Source: Camelus ferus
Lineage: Eukaryota
Reading direction: 5' to 3'
NCBI RefSeq assembly: GCF_009834535.1
Contig: NC_045707.1
Coordinates: 63,862,001 to 63,926,000, forward strand
DNA length: 64,000 nt
The notes under the pieces are model-generated. The model ran no database searches. It was given only the letters and a program-made list of their open reading frames with translations, and had not been told where the DNA came from. Positions 58,301-64,000 of this stretch are shown piece after piece; the stretch's first letter is position 1; each line of letters opens with the position of its first letter. The translations under genes and the position numbers were made by a program.

Positions 58301-61300
58301 TTTAGCCTAAATAAATAATCTAAAATATTGACTATGTGCCTGAAGATGTTGATCACAGTGCTATTCATAATAACAATGGAGTTATTAAGAATTATTGCCA
58401 TGAAATGTTGATCGTTGCTGTGGTTGAGTGAGAGGTGTATTATTTCCTCTACTTTTGTGTTTGAAAATTTCCATAGTAAGAACATGAAAAAAAATGACTG
58501 TTAGGGAAATTGTGGCACCATTAAAAAGTGCTTATGATATGACATAATGTTAGGTAACGAAATCATGACGTAAGTTTGTATACGAACTGTGAATCTAACA
58601 ATTAAAAATACATTGGAGACAAAATCTGGAAGGAAGGAACATAAAAAGTTGTTTAGGCGGTACTTTTAGCCTTTTTTCCTCTTCTATTTTCTGGGCTCTC
58701 TCTTGGGGCTATGGTTTTAAAAGAGCATAAAAAGTATGGTCGTTTAAAAAAATATAATATACATATAAGATCTCTCAAGGGACTTCTTTATCGATAATAA
58801 GCGTAACCGGTTTTAAAGAGCATTACTTCCTCAAACAAATATTAATTTTGTCCATTTTATTAGAACATATATATAAGCTAGATGAATTTAAAAATGTAAA
58901 CAGGAGTATAATTTTGTTACAATGTTATTTAATTACATGTCCTGGTTTGTAGCCCATGGATCAATGGTTTTCAAACTCTTTCCATGAACTCTATGGTTCC
59001 GGGAGGCATCTTGAGAAAGAAAGGAAGCGTGGTCAGAAAGACACGGTCTCCCACTCCAGGGCTTGTCCTAACAGCATCCCAGGGGTGGAGGACTCCCAAG
59101 GCATGAAATGCAATTCAAAAGAGTCCCATAAATTTTGAAAACCACTATAACACGTCTATTATTTCACATGACCACAAATGTATCTTATTAGCTTTAATGA
59201 CAAACTCACTTGAGTTCTGGAAAGTTTTCAGATGATATCAAGCTCTGTAAGGCATGATTTCCTGTTAATTTTAAGTGAGTTAAACCATGTAACCCAGTTA
59301 CAGGAAAAGACGACAGGCGGTTGGACGACAGGTCCCTGCAAAACATCAAACAGCAATTGGCTTTTAGTCTGCGTTAGCATAAGATGCTGATGTTAAAAAA
59401 AAGCAGCCTAAAGATTATTAAACGGCTCCATAAAAACTTCTAAGTAGGGTCCTTACTCTTAATGGTAAGAGGAACCATTTTAGTTCTTGACAACTTTTCT
59501 ACTTTACAATCAGAATTGCAGGACGAAAAATGTTTTAATCACAGCTGAAGTCTAATTTCTATGTTCAGCTCAGCTTTGCCAGGTGGGGACATCGAAAGTC
59601 CAGTGTGAGGTGCGGCATCTAATTTGAGAAGTGATGCTGACTGGATCCAGTTAGGGGTGAGGGGAAAACACTGTTGGGGGTTTAGTTCCTTCCTTCTCCC
59701 CTTAACTTCTGTCTGACCAGTTCTTTCTTTCTGGTACCTGGGAGATGGGGACAGGACGGAGCAAGAGGTGGAAAGGGAGGGAAAGAATGGACAGGAAGCT
59801 TCCCTGTTAGTCAAGATGGCGAACTATCAAATGAAAGCGCTTTAGAACTGTACTGACATCTTATTCCATTCCACCTGACAGCTCAGCGAAAATGGAAAAT
59901 TTCACCTCAGTTACCAGAACCAGCTGTCACCCGGCTCTTCAGTTATCCATGCACGGGCCCACATGGCCTCTGGTTTGATCCAGCTCTAGTGTGGAGGACA
60001 CTGAGGGCTGGGCATTCTGTGCTCTGGGGGCCTCTTCAGCAAAACCAGCATTTTTGATGAGTAGGGTGGTGCCCAATTACTGAGAGCCACGCCACAAACA
60101 AGTTGCGAAATACTCACAGCTTTCTTAGAGATGGCAAAGTGGAAAATGCACTGGGGTGAATAACGGCAATTTTGTTCCAAGCTAAATTCCTATAAAAAAA
60201 GAAAAAGGCAAGTGAGAGGATGATGTAAAAGCAGACTGTGTGAAGTTTTACCATATATATTCATTCTCCCAACAAAACTTAATTTCCATTCTGGACAGGA
60301 ACAATTAACTTATCTAATCATCTTTCAGATGCAGATATGAATAGTATAAAACGATTAAGAGAGAATTTCAAAACGACCTTGTTTAAATCAATCAAGAAAA
60401 ATCACTTGGGTGGATATTTAATTTTTACTCTCTTCTTGCTAAAAAGTTGACTTTAGCATGGTTGTAACATTTTATTAGGGCATTTCTAAGATGAGTGGGG
60501 GTCGGGGAGTGGGAAGAAACAGGAACTTCTGAGGCTCATCCTCTGACAAGCAAGTAAATGTTAAGTTATAAAATATCCCTGGATATGTAATGAAACTCAA
60601 AAAATTTGTGTATATTGTCCATGTATATTAGACCTTAAGAGAAACACAGAGACACTTTCAAAAAAATTCCCAGTAAAGAGGACAGACATTTAAATTCTTG
60701 ACTGGGAAATGGAGAAAAGATGGGCTAGCATATGTTGGAAATAAAATCTTTTGATCCCAAAGAAAATCTACAATTCACTGAGAAATAAAATGACCTCACC
60801 CCCGCCCCTCCACAGACTATATGTAATGAAATGTAGGTAATTTCACAAGAATGTAAGAACTTACCCATTTTACAAAAAGAGCAATGAACTTACAATCTGT
60901 CTTTTTAAAACGCCTAACTCATAAAGGGAACTAAAGTGTAGACATTTGAGGAAACGGAAAGTGATCACTGTCAACTTTTCTCTAGCGCAGATAATTTATC
61001 CATGATATTGGGCCCCCTGAGTTACCTTGGATAAATGGTATTCACAGAATATTTATATTCTCATTGGAAAGGCCCCCTAAACTGGAGGAAACTGGAAGGC
61101 TTTTTATGTTGCCCCTTTCAGTAATCGCAAAACAAAAATCCAGCTAACAAGGGGACGGAGAGGCATGGACGGAGTGGGAAAGCTACGAATGGGTAATTGA
61201 CTAGGAGACTGTCTTCTGTTGAGCCGCTGATCAACCCTGCGTCCAGTGAGGGAGGCGAGCCCTGCCATCTGGCAGTCTCTCTGGTGCTCTAAGTAGAACA

Positions 61301-64000
61301 TGGGTGCCCTGGTGAGCTTGAAGGAGCAGAACATCAGGAAGGCAGGCCATGTTCTGACCTCGGGCTCTATAGTGATTTGACTGGGTTTTAAGTAAATATG
61401 GGAGAGGGTAGGGTGTAGTTCAAGTGGTAGAGCGCATGCTTAGTATGCATAAGGTCCTGGGTTCAATCCTTAGTACCTCCTCTAAAAAAAAGAAAAAAAA
61501 CCTAATTACTCCCCCCCCAAAAATAAAAATTAAAAATTAAAAAAAGTAAGTGTGGGAGAATGTATATGCTCAGAGGGCTGTAACTGCATTCTTATTTGTG
61601 AACCTGTGTGCTGGAATCCTCCCAGCTGCCCTGGGGGAGCTGGTTCCACTGCCCTGCGGGTGCGGGTGTGGGTGTGCGGGGCTGACCCTGCAGGGCGCCC
61701 TGTGGTTCTCTGCTGGATTCCCCATGGAAGCCCTCCCGCAGAGAGAGAGGCCGGGCACTTGTGGTCTGCTCCTCCGTTTTGGAATCTTGTTTCTGGTGGC
61801 ATCTGCACACTTTCTCCCCCACGGACGTCCCTTCTCTGTGCCTCCGCTCTTCCTGGGATGTGGAAACACCACTCGTTCCTCCCCGTCTTGATCAGCTGCT
61901 GGTTTCTGCATGCCCATCCCTTGCTTGCCAACACCTGTGTCGGTGTCCCTTCATTTAAACCATCCGGGGTGAATTCTGATTTCTGTGAGAACCCTCACTT
62001 ACATACCCTGGAAGGATATGTACTTGTTCAAACGATGATAACAACAACTTCAATAATGAGACAATTGCATATTTACTACATGCCAGGTATGGTTATGAGG
62101 TTTTTTTTTAACACGTTTTTTCATAACCCTCAACACAACCCTGAGAAGTAGGAATTAGCATAGCCCCACTTTATTGGTGAGGAACGAAGCACAGAGTCTT
62201 AAGTGACTTGCTGCAAGTCGCAGAGTGATCTCGGGAGCTGAGATTCAAACCCACGCAGATTGACTTCAGAGTCCCTGACCTTTTGCACAGAACGTGCTTG
62301 TAATTCTTAAGGTAAATAATGAGAGAGCCACTACACTAGACCCTGGGGATTAGGAGATGAAAAAGTTCTTGTCATTTTCAGGTAGGGGGTGGTCTATCTG
62401 ACGGCAGTGCTGAGCGTTGAGTTCTGTTGCAGAGAAAATGCAAAGCACATCAGAGTTGAGTGGGCTCAAATATAGGAGATCTTGTTCCTATGGGGTGGAC
62501 CGGGGCAAGTTAAGAGTGGGGAGGAGCCAATGGGTGACAGGACCAGAAGAAACCATGGCGCATGTGTCAGGGGACTGGGAACTGGTGGGTAAGAGATAAG
62601 GGTGTTCCAGTTGGGATAAGATTTTGAAGGGCAGTGCTGGGAGTTTGGTTTTGGTCTTGAAGACCATAGGGGAATAACAGAAGATTTTTGAAGCAGGGAA
62701 GTAACATGATTCAATTGCTACTTCAGAAAGATTCTCTTTGGAGAATGAGATAAATAGGTATAGACTGATGCTGGAAAGGCTGGTTAGGAGGCTGGTGATG
62801 GTGAGCCAGGTGAGTGATCCCACGGGTCTCTGGTGAAGAATATTTAAATCCTACTCTCCAAGCAAATTTCAATTACACAACGCAGTGTTACCAAATATAT
62901 CAACGTTTTAAAAAAGAACTAACTTTTGGAAACAGCCAGAATGCCAACCTGGTGAATAAGGCAGGCAATAAAATTAGGTAATGTACTTTTTTTGTTTTAC
63001 ATTTATTTTAAAAAGTAAAAGAACTTCATAAGGTGATTTTAGACCAAAAGTAAGGAAAGAGCAACACAATTGAATTCAGATCATGATGGTTTTCAAAGTA
63101 AATTTCTGGGAGAAAGCGATTCTCAAAGGTGAATTTAAAATGTTTTGGGAAATGGTATTATTTTCCGAGGCTATAGTCTCTTAAATATTAAGAAAAACTT
63201 CAGGAAAGAAAGGCTTTTTTAACACTATACTGCAGTTTTAGCACTACATACTGCTATTCACCAAAATTACATTGCAATCCGGTTTCAGGATGGAAAAGTT
63301 TTAACTGTCACCAAGAAAAATTTGTTACCCATTTTTTTTTTAAACTTATGGTATTTTTCAACCATAAAATGGAATTTAATATTTACCAATCTTAGTCACC
63401 TGAACAACAGAAGCATTTTCCAAGACAATTGGGCTCCAACCTTAGTTTACGTGTTAAAATGTGGCTTCTCAGGCCCCACTCCAGAGACTAACGAGGTAGG
63501 TGAGAACCTGGGCCCGGCACTTTTTAGTCCCCTCCAGTGTGATGCCAAAGCACTTAGGGACACACATTGAAAAACTGACCAGGAAAGAAAAGCAGGCGGG
63601 AAGGACTGCAGCCACCCCACTTTTATAAGCAGCACGATTTCTGCCAATTCCGGGCTGTGAACAGAAGCCCCTTTTGTAGGCTAGTCAGCATGTCGGCCTC
63701 CTTCCTCTTTGTGGAAGTTCCATGTCTGCTGACTGGCAGAGAGCAGATGGCAAATTTACTGCTTTTGAACTTGTTCCTGGAAATGATCATGAGCAAGATA
63801 TTTGCCTTTCCATAGCAAATATATGTGCAAGGGCCCAACAATACACGTTTACAGTGAAAATAAAATAATAGAAGAAGACCTCAAAGAGAAGAAAAAGCGC
63901 CCTGTGTTGGTGAAGGTACTGGCGGGTGGTACTCACAGAGACCGGAGGCTAAACAGCTTCTGGAAGGTGTCGGCTTTGATTTCACAGATTTCATTATGTC
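54216..64000 (-). CDS. LGR5: LGR5 (leucine-rich repeat GPCR 5, R-spondin receptor), 5'-partial; last six exons (probably 13-18)
   Basis: complement(join(54216-55303,56278-56361,58063-58208,59210-59335,60118-60189,63937->64000)). Phase-2 LRR exons, hinge PYAYQCC and QCSPSPGPFK, 7TM domain with NPLLY, and C-terminus HLSSVAFVPCL* characteristic of LGR5. Confidence 0.97.
56278..56361 (-). CDS. LGR5: LGR5 exon ~17 (DERDLEDFLLDFEDDLKALHSVQCSPSP)
   Basis: ctacag| ... CAG|gtgaga; 84 nt. Confidence 0.94.
58063..58208 (-). CDS. LGR5: LGR5 exon ~16 (VIEVPYAYQCCTFGVCE...MFQVQ)
   Basis: ttaaag| ... AAG|gtaaga; 146 nt. Confidence 0.94.
58962..59147. mobile_element. Non-autonomous hAT-like element with terminal inverted repeats
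   Basis: caatggttttcaaa ... tttgaaaaccacta inverted termini. Confidence 0.6.
59210..59335 (-). CDS. LGR5: LGR5 exon ~15 (DLSSNRLSSFPVTGLHGLTHLKLTGNHALQSLISSENFPEL)
   Basis: ttgcag| ... CAA|gtgagt; 126 nt, LRR. Confidence 0.94.
60118..60189 (-). CDS. LGR5: LGR5 exon ~14 (NLAWNKIAVIHPSAFSTLPSLRK)
   Basis: ttatag| ... GCT|gtgagt; 72-nt single-LRR exon. Confidence 0.94.
61406..61545 (+). mobile_element. tRNA-derived SINE (camelid Vic-1-like) in an LGR5 intron
   Basis: Same head/body/tail structure; TSD aagtaaatatgggaga / aagtaagtgtgggaga. Confidence 0.88.
62035..62282 (-). mobile_element. MIR SINE
   Basis: tactacatgccagg..cacaaccctgagaagtagg..tgaggaa..taagtgacttgc..gagattcaaaccca. Confidence 0.75.
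62320..62822 (-). mobile_element. LINE-2 fragment
   Basis: gggagtttgg..gaagatttttgaagcaggg..ggttaggaggctg. Confidence 0.6.
63460..63577 (+). mobile_element. MER5-family fragment
   Basis: ttctcaggccccactccaga..gtgatg..gacacacattgaaaaactg. Confidence 0.5.
63937..64000 (-). CDS. LGR5: LGR5 exon ~13, cut by window edge (HNEICEIKADTFQKLFSLRS)
   Basis: LRR consensus; donor TCT|gtgagt with GT at 63936-63935. Confidence 0.9.

Noticed and set aside
61530..62151. Stack of overlapping ORFs (up to 199 aa)
   Set aside because: GC-rich intronic patch running into a MIR; no coherent protein signature
1..64000. CRISPR arrays, operons, or prokaryotic/viral gene systems
   Set aside because: The window is explained by spliced mammalian genes and eutherian repeats; no regularly spaced repeats or long unexplained ORFs

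Overview
Mammalian genomic DNA with two convergent (tail-to-tail) protein-coding genes. (1) ZFC3H1, the PAXT nuclear-exosome adaptor, is on the + strand. I read 33 GT-AG coding exons by hand from 3290 to the TGA at 36300. Phases are consistent throughout, giving 4952 nt (~1650 codons); the 5' exons lie upstream of the window. (2) The 3' part of LGR5, the R-spondin receptor, is on the - strand: six exons from the window edge (64000) to the TAA at 54216, with a 3'UTR to ~52640. About 15 kb of intergenic DNA separates the two poly(A) regions. Repeats are ancient eutherian families (L2, MIR, MER3, MER5, MER58, MLT1), four copies of a tRNA-derived SINE resembling the camelid Vic-1 type, and tiny L1 tails. 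I recognised no Alu or Bov-type SINEs, so a camelid genome is the most likely source (inference). Repeat family names and orthologue comparisons are from recall, not database searches. I found no novel multi-gene system. The best leads are: candidate unproductive-splicing or intronic-polyadenylation elements in ZFC3H1; a sharply CpG/GC-rich segment of the LGR5 7TM exon with AT->GC-type amino-acid changes; a Pro->Leu change in the LGR5 hinge FxPCE motif; and a motif-dense candidate enhancer 3' of both genes.
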